Assembly (NCBI GenBank): GCA_002104905.1
Contig: MCFE01000442.1
Location: forward strand, 10,231-74,230
Direction of reading: 5' to 3'
Source of the DNA: Basidiobolus meristosporus CBS 931.73
Taxonomy: Eukaryota > Fungi > Basidiobolomycota
DNA: 64,000 bases
Shown here: positions 28,063 to 39,700 of the stretch, piece after piece
How the letters are laid out: every line of letters begins with the position of its first letter
Position numbering within the stretch: position 1 is the stretch's first letter
Made by a program: the position numbers and the translations under genes
The notes under the pieces: generated by a model
Database searches by the model: none
What the model saw: only the letters and a program-made list of their open reading frames with translations
What the model was told of the DNA's origin: nothing

Positions 28063-29237
28063 TATTCAATGGAGGTAAGTGCGAAATCGCTAGCTTGGAG
28101 TTGGAGCAATATTGGGTTGGTGGTGTTGAGCTACTAGATGATGGTCAGGAGAGTGAAGGAACTGGGAGGTTATTTATATGGAACCGACGACTTCAACAGG
28201 TACGTAATGTTTCAAATTGAGCTTATTCCTAATTAATATTGATCTCTGCTTCCATTAAAAATCCAATGATGCCGGTAATACATTTTTCGCATTGTGAACT
28301 GAAAATCTCCGATATGTGTTTCTGCGAAACACTGATCTGACTTCACCCAAATAGGCACGCCCTACGTATAAATAGAATAGCAGGGGGAAAACGATAATTT
28401 CATCTGTTGAAAATAGAAGAAATCTTCTGATCGATACGAAAAAATCCCCATTCCCAGTCCCACTCCCCAAGTCTTGTACAATTCAGCATGTTCTAATATT
28501 GTACTACATATATTTGATGGTGTTCCAGCGACCTAATCCTGGAAATGAATCATTAGGATGGGGAAAATACCTTGGTGTGCAACGAAAAACTTTTTTCCTT
28601 TTTTGCTGGAAGAACATGATCGCGCTAAACCTTATAGTTGGAAGCCTAGAGGGATTGCTCATCAATTCCAGTAATGGCCAGTTTTTTTCCAATCACGAAC
28701 GCTTGTCCAATAGATGGATGCTAGAGCCTTCTCGACAGCAATTCCATTCCTATAATGAGGAGGAGTGCCGGAGACTTGTCATGAGACTTATGCAAACGCA
28801 ACCATTGCGAAGTCAATTTTAACATTGAAAATAATGGATCCCATCAGAAATATTTGGAAGAATATTCTTTCTAAATTGGTTTTGGGATGGATTCATTATC
28901 TAAAGATCCAATCACATCGAATGCTTGGCCAACCTGAGCCAATAGTAAGGCTCATTCCAACATTATACTGGAGAGGTGGCTTTAAGGTGAAGCGCGATCC
29001 TTCATTTATCCATCTATGGTATTGGCACTTACGCAGCCTAAAGGTAGCTCGATGCTTGCCTACTCGGCCACTCGGGATGGAGTGTTGATCGGATTTTCAT
29101 CCAACAATCCTAACCGGATGTATACAAGCTCGCAGGATCAGTTTTATAGGACAGTGTTGAGTAAAATGTACACGGAATAGAACATGAAAAGTGAGGAAAA
29201 TGCATACAGAAAAACGAAGTATGCCCACAGTATCTAT

Positions 29238-30623
29238 CTATACGGATTCCAACTGATTCGAATAATTGTTGGACCAGCCTTTGTGATGAAGGAATCTTGG
29301 GAAAGTTTGCTGGAACATCATATCGGTCACTTCTGAGAGTGCCCGATCGAACAGCGTGCTCTCGACCTTTTCCTGCGTAAGATCATGGCTGATTCTTTGA
29401 TATGTCTCGCCACGAATATTGATTTCGAAGTCAGCATTTCGGGCTATGAAGGTTTGAAATATTTCGTACGCCTCCTTGTGGAGCTTGGTACGCATAAGAG
29501 GTGTGCATTCGCTGCTTTCAAGGTCCTTCATATCATGGATCCATTGATTCACTCGGCGATAAAACAGCGGGTTCTCTACGCTGAAGTCGCGAACGCTAAA
29601 TGCATGGAACTCTTGAAACAGAGAGGAATCCTTCAGGATGTCTTCAAACAAGGGCTGTGCTCCATCTCGCGTCGGATATGATGCCAAAAAACGGCGTTTC
29701 TCGCAAAAAGGAATGGCTACCGCAATGCAGTACATAGACATACACATTAAGGCGTTCCACATTTGGTTTGGAAACAATCGAAGGAGCGTTTCATTGTGGT
29801 TCAATTCGGTGGACAACAGGCATGCAATAGTGCTGACAGCTCCGATGCAGATGTCCCAGAGAACTTCTACCTTTATATCGTAGGCGTCCCTAACGCCTCT
29901 CAAATAGTATAGCATGACAGGCAGGAGACCCAATGTATAGAGGATGAAGATACCTAGGACAGGGGACCAATACCAACCATTAATGCATTCAGCAATAACG
30001 ATGGTATATTGAGCGCTTTCTTCCGCGTTAAGCAATTGATAATGTATGGCAACAGTCAGGATGACGTGTGGTACCATCCATAAAAGAATGCATATAACAT
30101 GGGCCTTGGAAGTGAGCAGGCAGCGTAACCAGCTTCCTTTGGGGAATAGGCTGCGATTCAGGGCTTCTGTAGTTGTGTTCAAGTATGAGTTTTTCTTGTG
30201 TTTTGACTCCTCTCCCAGCACCATACACTCGGGCGAGTATGCGAAGAGGATTTTTTCGGCCCCAAAGCGGTACAGAATGATTAGTCGAATGTGCTTCACA
30301 AGAGTAGTAATAATCCATAAGGGAAGAAAGAGGTACAGCTTCCAAAGGTAAGCAACACACGAGTAATGAGAGGATAAGGGGCCAGACAGTAAAACGTTAA
30401 GAGTCACTATAAGGTTCGATGCCGCATTAACACAGAACAGGGGAACACTGCGATATCGAATGCTCGGGTAGTTGCGATTTTTTATGAACACACAGGCAGT
30501 GGTAAGGACAAATAGAGTCCATACGCATGCTATAATGAGGTATACTATTTGCACCACATCAAAGTTCATTGAATGAAAGAAATTGTGGTAGTGTAGAGAA
30601 CGGGGGTGTAATATGTCACGCAT
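29238..30623 (-). CDS. Seven-transmembrane protein fused to a C-terminal RGS domain (GprK / class VI GPCR-like), single exon; likely start at 30569
   Basis: Seven hydrophobic segments precede FEDILKD..FHAF..FSVENPLFY..IFQTFI..FEINI..FDRA..EV..MM..FPRFL, an RGS signature. Confidence 0.9.
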   Translation of the reverse strand: MRDILHPRSLHYHNFFHSMNFDVVQIVYLIIACVWTLFVLTTACVFIKNRNYPSIRYRSVPLFCVNAASNLIVTLNVLLSGPLSSHYSCVAYLWKLYLFLPLWIITTLVKHIRLIILYRFGAEKILFAYSPECMVLGEESKHKKNSYLNTTTEALNRSLFPKGSWLRCLLTSKAHVICILLWMVPHVILTVAIHYQLLNAEESAQYTIVIAECINGWYWSPVLGIFILYTLGLLPVMLYYLRGVRDAYDIKVEVLWDICIGAVSTIACLLSTELNHNETLLRLFPNQMWNALMCMSMYCIAVAIPFCEKRRFLASYPTRDGAQPLFEDILKDSSLFQEFHAFSVRDFSVENPLFYRRVNQWIHDMKDLESSECTPLMRTKLHKEAYEIFQTFIARNADFEINIRGETYQRISHDLTQEKVESTLFDRALSEVTDMMFQQTFPRFLHHKGWSNNYSNQLESV

Positions 30624-31389
30624 GCCGTCATTCTTTATATAGCCTAGTTATGTTGCAGATCAACCAGTAGCCGTATTTGAATGTAGAATGATGCAATACA
30701 AAAAGTTAAATTGTTGGCACCGCTTTCTCCGTCAATAAGCACTTTGCTGAACCACATGGCGATCGAGTACAAGCAGCACAGCTGGAATTGGAAGAAATTA
30801 AAATCTTCACCTAGGAATGGAAATACGAGAAATAGATTTCCTGAGTAAAGTGGGATATAACGTGTAAAGTTTCCGACTGTATCACTAGTCATGAGTGAGG
30901 ATGTATAGACGACATCTGATAGCCCAAGTGGTGTTAAAAATCACGAATGAGATCATACGAGTCCATCAGTGGAATATAGCCACAATTTGAGGCCTAGAAT
31001 CAGTGCCACCCTATATCTCTAGACACTTGGAAACATCGATATTTTCCCCCAATCCACTAGGATTCAACCGAGTCAGCCGGGGAGAATCCTCGGGGTTTTT
31101 ACTAGGTTACACACAAGAGAAAGCACTTCAATATATCTATTTGCACCCAGTCTAGTATTCTTGATTACTATACTAAGCTTCGCTAACTTTATACAAAATT
31201 GGGATGTGGTCGCTTAGAGTAATGCTGGTTTCTTGCTCAGAATTCGACATATCGTAAGCAATTTACCCACAATTCGTTTATTCGCGAATATCTTTTCTTT
31301 TTACCCAAAATAGATGAATGCTACCCTATGTTTATTAAGCCGAATTTTCTACCCGTTGCCTTTTCATATTGTCCAACTTCTACAGCTAC

Positions 31390-34300
31390 ATGGAAGGCTC
31401 ACATCCAGAAAAAATTGCTGATCGTGAGATAGAAACCCCACCAGTGGGTGTCATTCCTCCACCTGAAAACAGCAATTTGGATGGCCAACAGGCAGCTTCA
31501 CACACTGAAGGCGATTCAAATCAAGCTGTGGATGAGGAAACACTCAGACATTTGGAGCGCATAAAGAATGGAAGAGTTCTCTCCTTGGAAAAGAAGATTG
31601 CTGCAAATTCTTTTGACACTGAAGCGTGGCAATCATTGTTGGCTGAGGCCCACTTAATTGGCGATATTAAACTGATCAGAGATTGTTACGAACGTTTCCT
31701 GAAGCAATTTCCAACTTCGGTAAGTCAAGCGCTCACTTTGGTGAGAGTCATAACGTGTATTTCTCGAAAAAAAATAAATCACTGTTGGCTCCCTACGGCT
31801 GAAACAGTAGGCGGTTTAAACCCAGACTTGTCTAGTTGGTACACTTTAAAATACTACACAATTGTTTTACCACATTTCCGAGAGTAGACGCTTATTAGCA
31901 CATGCAGACTTGAGCTTTTTTTAGTAGAGATACACTTGCACGTTATGATTCTTACCTGCCTTTCTTACACTCTCCAGCTTTCCACCGGGACCTTTTTCTA
32001 ATCCGTGAATTTTATTCTTTCCTAGTCTCGCCACTGGATCACCTATGCCGAATTTGAACTTAACCACAACAACTATGCCAACGTGGAATCCATCTTCACA
32101 CGCTGTCTTAGATCGGTCCCTTCGCTTGACTTGTGGAGGTTTTACCTGAATTATATACGTCGCATGAATAGTGGAGAAAACGGCTCCGCAGCTGGGCCTG
32201 ATGTCAGAGCTGTAGTGGGGAAAGCTTATGAGTTTGTTTTGCAGCATATCGGGATAGACAAAGAAGCAGGCCCTATCTGGAGTGATTATATTTTTTTCCT
32301 GCGCACTGGAGAGGTATATTCTCTTGTGTCGGACCCAGTGAACTTCTTCGTATCAACTCTATTCTTTCTAGACACACAACACTTGGGAGGAGCAGCAAAA
32401 GATGGATCTTATGCGTAAAACCTACCAAAAAGCCATTGCGATCCCGTTGGTCAATGTTGAACACATTTGGAAGGAGTACGACTCGTTTGAAAACGGACTT
32501 AACAAACTTACGGTAATGTCATAATCAGTGAGGATCGGTGGGACTCTTTACTCATTGATCTATATCACGATCGTAGGCCAAAAAATTCCTTGCCGAAAGA
32601 TCTCCGTCATATATGACTGCGAGAACTGCGTTGCGAGAAATGCGCACCATCACCGACACGTTTGCTAAGAACGTTCTTCCCCAACCTCCTCAATGGACCG
32701 ACAGAGAAATCCAACAGGTAGTCTTGGAATATTGGCGGAACAAGCACTCTTTACTGAAAACCCTTTAGTTAGAAGCATGGAAACATTACTTGACTTGGGA
32801 GCGATCGAATCCACTACAGTTGGAAGACAAGGGTGCCTTGAGTGCCCGTGTCATATATGCCTACAAACAAGCACTCATAGCATTGCGGTTTTATCCCGAG
32901 ATATGGTAATATCCATTCACTCCTAATTGGGTATGCCACTTTGATCGGTAACATTAAGATTCCTCGTACCCCAGGTATGATTTGGCCATTTACTGTGCTG
33001 AGAATGGGAAAACCGAAGAGGCGATAACGCATCTAAAAGCCAGTATCGAGGTTATACCCACTAGGTAATGCGAATATGTAGAAGCGTTTGAGCGCAATGT
33101 TATTGATAAGCTCCTTTTAGCTTGCTGCTACACTTCGCGTATTGCGAGCTAGAAGAGTCCAGGAAAAACAACGCGCGAGCTCGGGAACTTTACGAGGCGC
33201 TATTGAAGAACATTGAAAAGCATATGGAGGAGATTCGTGCTTCTGGAGCACAGGAAATCAATGCACTGGTTCAAACACTTGCCTCTCAGGGTAATGAGAT
33301 TGAAGAAGATACCGAAAGAGAGCGGGATGGTGAAGATAGGGAGCGGTTAAGAGTAAAGGAGCGTAACACCGAGAAACAAAAGGCAAAAGTAGAAGCCCGG
33401 GTAGAGAAGGCTCTGCTAAGTGTGAAGAAAGCCTATACACTAGTGTGGATCATGTTCATGAAATACGCTCGTCGTGCGGAGGTACCTATCTTTGATAAAG
33501 TATGCTATGACCTAAGTAGTCTAAACAACCGGCTGCCTTCCAGGGGATCAAAGCAGCCAGACAAATCTTCAGCCGAGCCAGAAAGGCAGCCGATACCACA
33601 TACCATTTATTCATCAGTTCCGGTATGTTGAGCCTATGGTGATGTTTGGAAGTCTGATGAATTGACTCGATTCATATAGCACTTATGGAGTATTACTGCA
33701 GTAAGGATCAAAATATTGCAGGCAAGATCTTTGAGCTTGGGCTCAAAACTTATGCCGTTGAACCGGGCTACGTACTTCAGTACTTGGAATACTTGATACA
33801 AATGAATGATGATAACAGTAGGTCACCTTCATGACAAACCATCCACCACACCCTACTGATCGATGCAGATATTCGGGCTTTATTTGAGAGAGCGCTTACA
33901 TCATTGTCTTCCGAACAAGCTGTGGACATCTGGAAAAAATTCACCGACTATGAAAACAAATATGGCGATTTAACCTCGGTGCAAAAGATCGAGCGGCGTA
34001 TGACTGAAACGTATACTTCTGGTATGAGTCCAGTGCGACCTTAGTTCGATACTCCCCATCATTGATGTTTGCGATAATTCAGAAACTGCGCTCGGGAGGT
34101 TTGTTGATAGATATAGTTACTTGGATATCAATTACATAACCGAGAGTGAACTGGGAATCAGTAAGTGAAGCACTATCTACTTCTCCCGTCATCCACAGTA
34201 TTTATCAGTTACTTTTAGTGCCCGGCGATGACAAGAAGAGCAAATCACGAAGCCTCTTGTTGAAAAACATTGAGCCTATGATGGTCGAGCGATCAAAGGA

Positions 34301-35089
34301 CCTCAATGCACGACAGCATGGTAGAAGGGCATTGCTAGATCCTATCCATCCAGAAAGGTACCCACGTCCGGACTTCAATCAGTGGACATCATACAAGCCA
34401 CCTGTGGATTCGCTACGCCGTGGACAGTCTGGAGCCAGGGGTCAATCGCCACTACCCACTGCCCCTAGTGGCGCGTCAGCACCTGCGGGCAATTCTGCTC
34501 GTGCAGTTATTCCACCAGGCGTACCTGATGCCGTTGGGTATTTTATGGCCCAACTCCCACCTGCTCAAACTTACAACGGTATGATTGCAAGGGTCGGTCG
34601 GTGATGGAATTTGTGCTTACTAATATGTTCAAATAGGGCCCATAATCAATGTTGATGATCTAATGAATTTAATTCTCAACACTGTTATTCCTGGTCAATT
34701 AAATCCACCCACTGCACCAGCCCATATGAGAGGCGCAACACCTCCAACCGGACCCGCTGGACCACCAACTGGGCCAATGTATGCTGGCAGAGGTGGACGT
34801 GGTGGCAACTTTTCCAAAAGAGTAATAGGTTCTATGCTATGGGATGTCAGCATTGCTAGATCACTCACCTGTTACATCTAGGGCCGTGGTGCCGGACCAG
34901 CCTCAGGTGGCATGAAACGAAAGCCATTAAGAGAACCGGAAAGTAATTATGACGGACCGGACATGTATGGTGGTAAGTACACTAATTTGCAATTAGATTT
35001 ATGGCCCCGCTGACATACCTCCACTATTAGGAAAAGGACCGCGTCAACCCCCAACGAAGCGTCACCGTGATGGACCAGATATGATATAA
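31390..35089 (+). CDS. RNA14: Cleavage stimulation factor 77 / Rna14 (HAT repeats, Suf)
   Basis: [11 protein letters not shown]|[83 protein letters not shown]. The exons checked splice in frame. Confidence 0.95.
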
Positions 35090-36770
35090 AATGTACACAA
35101 AACAAACCTTCCAACATAGCTGATTCACATGCTTTGATAGAGTTAGAGTCTACCGACACTCACTTTACAAAATAAACCAATCGGTTGAAAAAAGCCAGCA
35201 GCCAATTTAGCTCAGATAAGCAGAGAATGAAAGGATCTAAAGAAACCACAAACAAACTTAAAAATATCAATCAATCAATCAATAAGGAAAAAAAAGATTG
35301 GATGTCAACTAAAATTAAGACTACCGTGAATATGAATGGTCTCCTTTCCCAATGTAAACGAAAATACTCCGACTGATTGGTGAGTTGGAATGAATTCAAA
35401 ACATATAAATAATAGCCAATTAGTAAAGATTCTACCGTTTGATTCTAATTCTAGACTCTCCATCAGAAACTTCATACTCTTTATAGAAGAGCGTGGATTG
35501 ATCGAAAGATTTGCGATGTTCGGCAAGCTTACATCTGATGCACTTGGTCAAGTTTGTTTAGTGCCTTCCCAATCAGGTCCAGTGGTAAGTATAAGCCACG
35601 TTGGGCGAGACGCAGAGAAACGTTCATTCATGGATTTCCATTTCGTGTTACATACTGCATATTTCTCGTATTCATTTCCAGTATTCAATGGAATGTATGT
35701 TGTATGGTATCTTCAGAAGATCGTGTGTAATTTGTTAACTAACCAAAGATGGTTGAGTTGTTCAAAATTAGCTGTCCTTGTGCACGGGATCTTCGATTAG
35801 ATTTGCCTAGTATGGATGGAGGCTTTAAGCTATGTTGACAGCAAAATTCCTTGGAATCCATGATATTTGCGCTGATTACTTACTACTTCGATCAGGAGTG
35901 TACCACCGGCCCTACTCTGTCCTACGCACAAATAATGTGACAATCTATCCAAACACAATGTGGTTTGTTTCCTATAACATTTCAGGCGACTGATAACAAA
36001 TAGCACTCCAATTGACAATGAGTTATTTATTTATGCTTTTCGTTTGTTTGTGGTGATATCAAGTTTATCTTACTTCTTTAGTAGGAAGTCCACCCGCGAT
36101 TTTTGGGTAATCTATTGGGGGTTGAGATTCATTGGAAAAACCAATGTCACAATGAATAAAAACATCGATTTCCAGGAATTTTTTGGCCTTTCTGGATACT
36201 TCAACTGGCCCGATTAGAGCAAAACCTTGGCGTCCTACATGTATTTCCGGGGAAAGTCTTGAGCCAGACAGACTTAGGCCTCCCTGTTCACTGCATCAAA
36301 GAGCCTGTCGTTATCTACAGACCTGGGGTATGCAGCGTGAGGGCACGTCGACAGTTCAAGCATGTAGATAATACAAAGTACAGTGCTTCGTAATTGTTTC
36401 TGACGAATGGTCAGAGATCACCATACGAGGAATTGGATCCATCATCATTGGTAAGGAACAATCACGTAGCGTTCGAGTGCCATCGTTAACATCGCATTTT
36501 TTCCTTTTCCATCGACCATTTCTTTTTATGTCCATATTCGTACAAGAAGTTGTTTCTAGCAAGATTTATATCAGAGCTAGTAGATGACCCGACATATAAA
36601 AGGGCAGACATCCGTTTCTCAATGTTTGGAGTAGGCCGTCATAGACTCAGTATATTTTCCTTCATATAGACCCTCTGTTCGACACATCAGTATATTTGTT
36701 ATCAGCATTGCTTACCTAATTCACCGCCATTATACCCTTTAATAAGTAACTCTCCCACTTTCATACAATC

Positions 36771-39700
36771 ATGGCTGCTGACGAAAGCTCCACACCAAAT
36801 GGTTCGTCCAGGCCTCCATACCAAGAGTCGTATCATATGCACAATTTCTCTACCGCCGAGGATGGCCATGGAAGCTATCACGAAGAGCACTCGTATAGAA
36901 CTCCAGAGCCCAATTACTTGACATACCTATCGGATGATTCGGACTCTGATTATTCCTCAAGTCACATTGCCCCTGTTGATGGCGAGAGCTCCGTAGTAGG
37001 AGCGCTACTGGATTCCCATGAACATCATGTACCTAAGATACCCGCACACATGTCCTATGTAAATAGCGGTAGCAGCAGTAAAGCTGCTAGCAAAGAGAAG
37101 CTCTCGTATCATAGCGATTATGATTCGAATTCTGCCTACAGCGATAGCCTCTATAATGCTAGATCTAATGGCCCAGGTGCCCGCATGCAAGGCACAAGTA
37201 TAGACTCGTATAGTGCACCTAGACACGGCACTCTCGGAGATAGTAGATACGCCAAGTACGCACCCTCTTGTGATTCTCTCGTTGCTCTGCTGGAGACCAA
37301 GAAGAACAACCGAAATGAATCCTCTACTAGTATCAATAATTCCCGGAGTTCTTCACGCAACATGTCTCGAAGCAACTCCTGGTTCTCTGGTGACGGCACG
37401 CCTCCACCTGCATTTGATTACAACAACAACTCCCTACCCAGACCTTTCTTTAAGGACGATCCTTACCCATCATGGGCCGTCAACCGACACTTGCCAGTGT
37501 CCCGCGAGGAAATCAAAGAGATCTTCGCCAGAATGCAAGAATGCTTCGGCTTCCAGGTGGACAATATGCGGAATCAGTATGATGCCTTAATGGTAATGCT
37601 GGATTCTCGCGCATCTCGAATGGCTCCTTATCAGGCGTTGGCTACTGTCCACGCCGACTATATCGGTGGTGAGAATGCCAATTACAAGAAATGGTATTTC
37701 TGCGCACATCTGAACAGGGATAACCCAGAGGAGCGGTCCAAGAGACCCCAGGAGACGAAGAAGAAGAAGAAAATGGCTTTCAAAAAGCGGGCGGAAGTCT
37801 TTGATGGAGATGACATTGAGGCTCAGGATTCCCACGAGTGTGCCGAAGAATCTTGGCGCATTAAGATGGCCGAGATGTCGCAGCATGATCGTGTTGGCCA
37901 GCTTGCTTTGTACCTGATGATCTGGGGTGAAGCGGCCAACATTCGTTTCGTGCCTGAGGCGATCTGCTTTATTTTCAAGATTTGCTGGGATTATTACAGC
38001 AATCTACAACTCCAGGGCCTAACAACCACACTCCCGGAGGGACATTTCCTTCAGGAAGTCATCACTCCCTTGTACACATTCATCCGGGACCAATCTTACG
38101 ACGTTATCCATGGTAAATTGGTCAAGAAAGACAAGGACCACTCCACCACCATCGGCTACGATGATGTGAATGAGTTTTTCTGGACGTCCGAGGCGCTCGA
38201 GCGGATTGTTCTTGACGACAAGAAGACCGTCCGACTAATGGATTTCTCTCCCACCGAACGTTTCATGAAGCTGGGTGAGGTCAAATGGGAGCTTGTCTTC
38301 CGCAAAACGTACAAGGAGCGTCGAAGCTGGAGTCATTTGTTGGTCAACTTCTCCCGTTTCTGGATTCTCCATATCGTCATGTTCTACTTCTACACCATGG
38401 GCAATGCTACCTGGCTATACACTAAACATGATGAGAAATCCACTCCTGTTGGTGTTCATCTAGGCATTGTTGCATTTGGTGGTGCTCTTGCAAGTTTCAT
38501 TCAGCTTTTGGCCGCCATTTGCGAATATTTCTTCATCCCCCTTCAATGGGTCAGCTCGAAAATCCTGCTCAGACGAATCGGATTGATTCTTGCTATTCTC
38601 ATTTTGAATTGTATTGCTGGGGCATACACCGTGATTGTCGACCGCGCTTCACCGATTGCTACCGCCGTTGGCGTGGTAGGCCTCATCATCGCTGTTTTTA
38701 CCTTTTGCTACTTTGCCATTGTCCCCAGTAGCCAACTTTTCGCTCGTTTCAACGACAAGGGAAACACCAAGAACTTCACCAACCGCACCTTTACTAGCAA
38801 CTTCCCTCGACTCAAAGATGTGGATCGCATGATGTCGATTGGATTGTGGGCCTGTGTGTTCGGATGTAAATACATCGAAAGTTACTTCTACTTGGCCCTT
38901 TCCTTCAAGGACCCTCTCAAGCATACTGGCCAATATGCTATGGCCCAATGTGCCAAGACCGATACCATGCTTGTTTGTCAGATTATGAACGGGATCACCC
39001 TCTTCTTCATGGTGTTTTTGGATTTGATCCTTTTCTTCTTGGATACTTATCTGTGGTACATTATCATCAACTCGCTCTTCAGTGTGGCCCGCTCCTTCTA
39101 TCTTGGCGTTTCCATCTGGTCGCCATGGAGAAACGTTTTCTCTCGTCTCCCGAAGCGTATCTACACCAAGATTTTGTCCATTGATGATATGGAGTTGAAA
39201 TACCAACCCAAGGTGCTCTGCTCTCAGATCTGGAATGCCATCGTCATCTCGATGTACAGAGATCACTTGCTCTCGGTTGAACACGTACAGAAGCTCCTCT
39301 ACCAACAAGTAACCAGCAGTGAAGGCGGCCGTTCCACTCTGAAGGCGCCTAGCTTCTTCATCTCCCACGAAGACACCTCCTTCAAGACTGAATACTTCCC
39401 CAAGGGTAGTGATGCCGAGCGCCGTGTGAGCTTCTTCGCCCAGAGTTTGTCGACTCCACTACCAGAGACCATCCCAGTCGAGAACATGCCCACCTTTACT
39501 GTGTTTACTCCTCACTACAGCGAAAAGATCATTCTTTCCCTGCGTGAGGTAATTCGTGAGGAAGACAGAAACTCCAAGATCACCCTGTTGGAATACCTGA
39601 AAAAGCTTTACCCTGCCGAATGGGAAAACTTCGTCAACGACACCAAGGTGCTTGCCGAAGAAAATAACATGTACCCCTCTGATAACGAAGCATCCTTCCA

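Noticed and set aside
28600-28880. Possible Tc1/IS630 transposase remnant (MDPIRNIWKNIL resembling LNPIENIW)
   Set aside because: One weak motif, no terminal inverted repeats and no clear DDE residues.
35560-35720. Possible Myb/trihelix remnant on the minus strand (AVCNTKWKSMNERF)
   Set aside because: A single short resemblance among stops, with no partner transposase or terminal repeats seen.
36405-36450. ATGATGA..CTGA on the minus strand, and another ATGATGA near 14775
   Set aside because: Spacing is too short or the D box is missing, with no terminal stem or rRNA complementarity.
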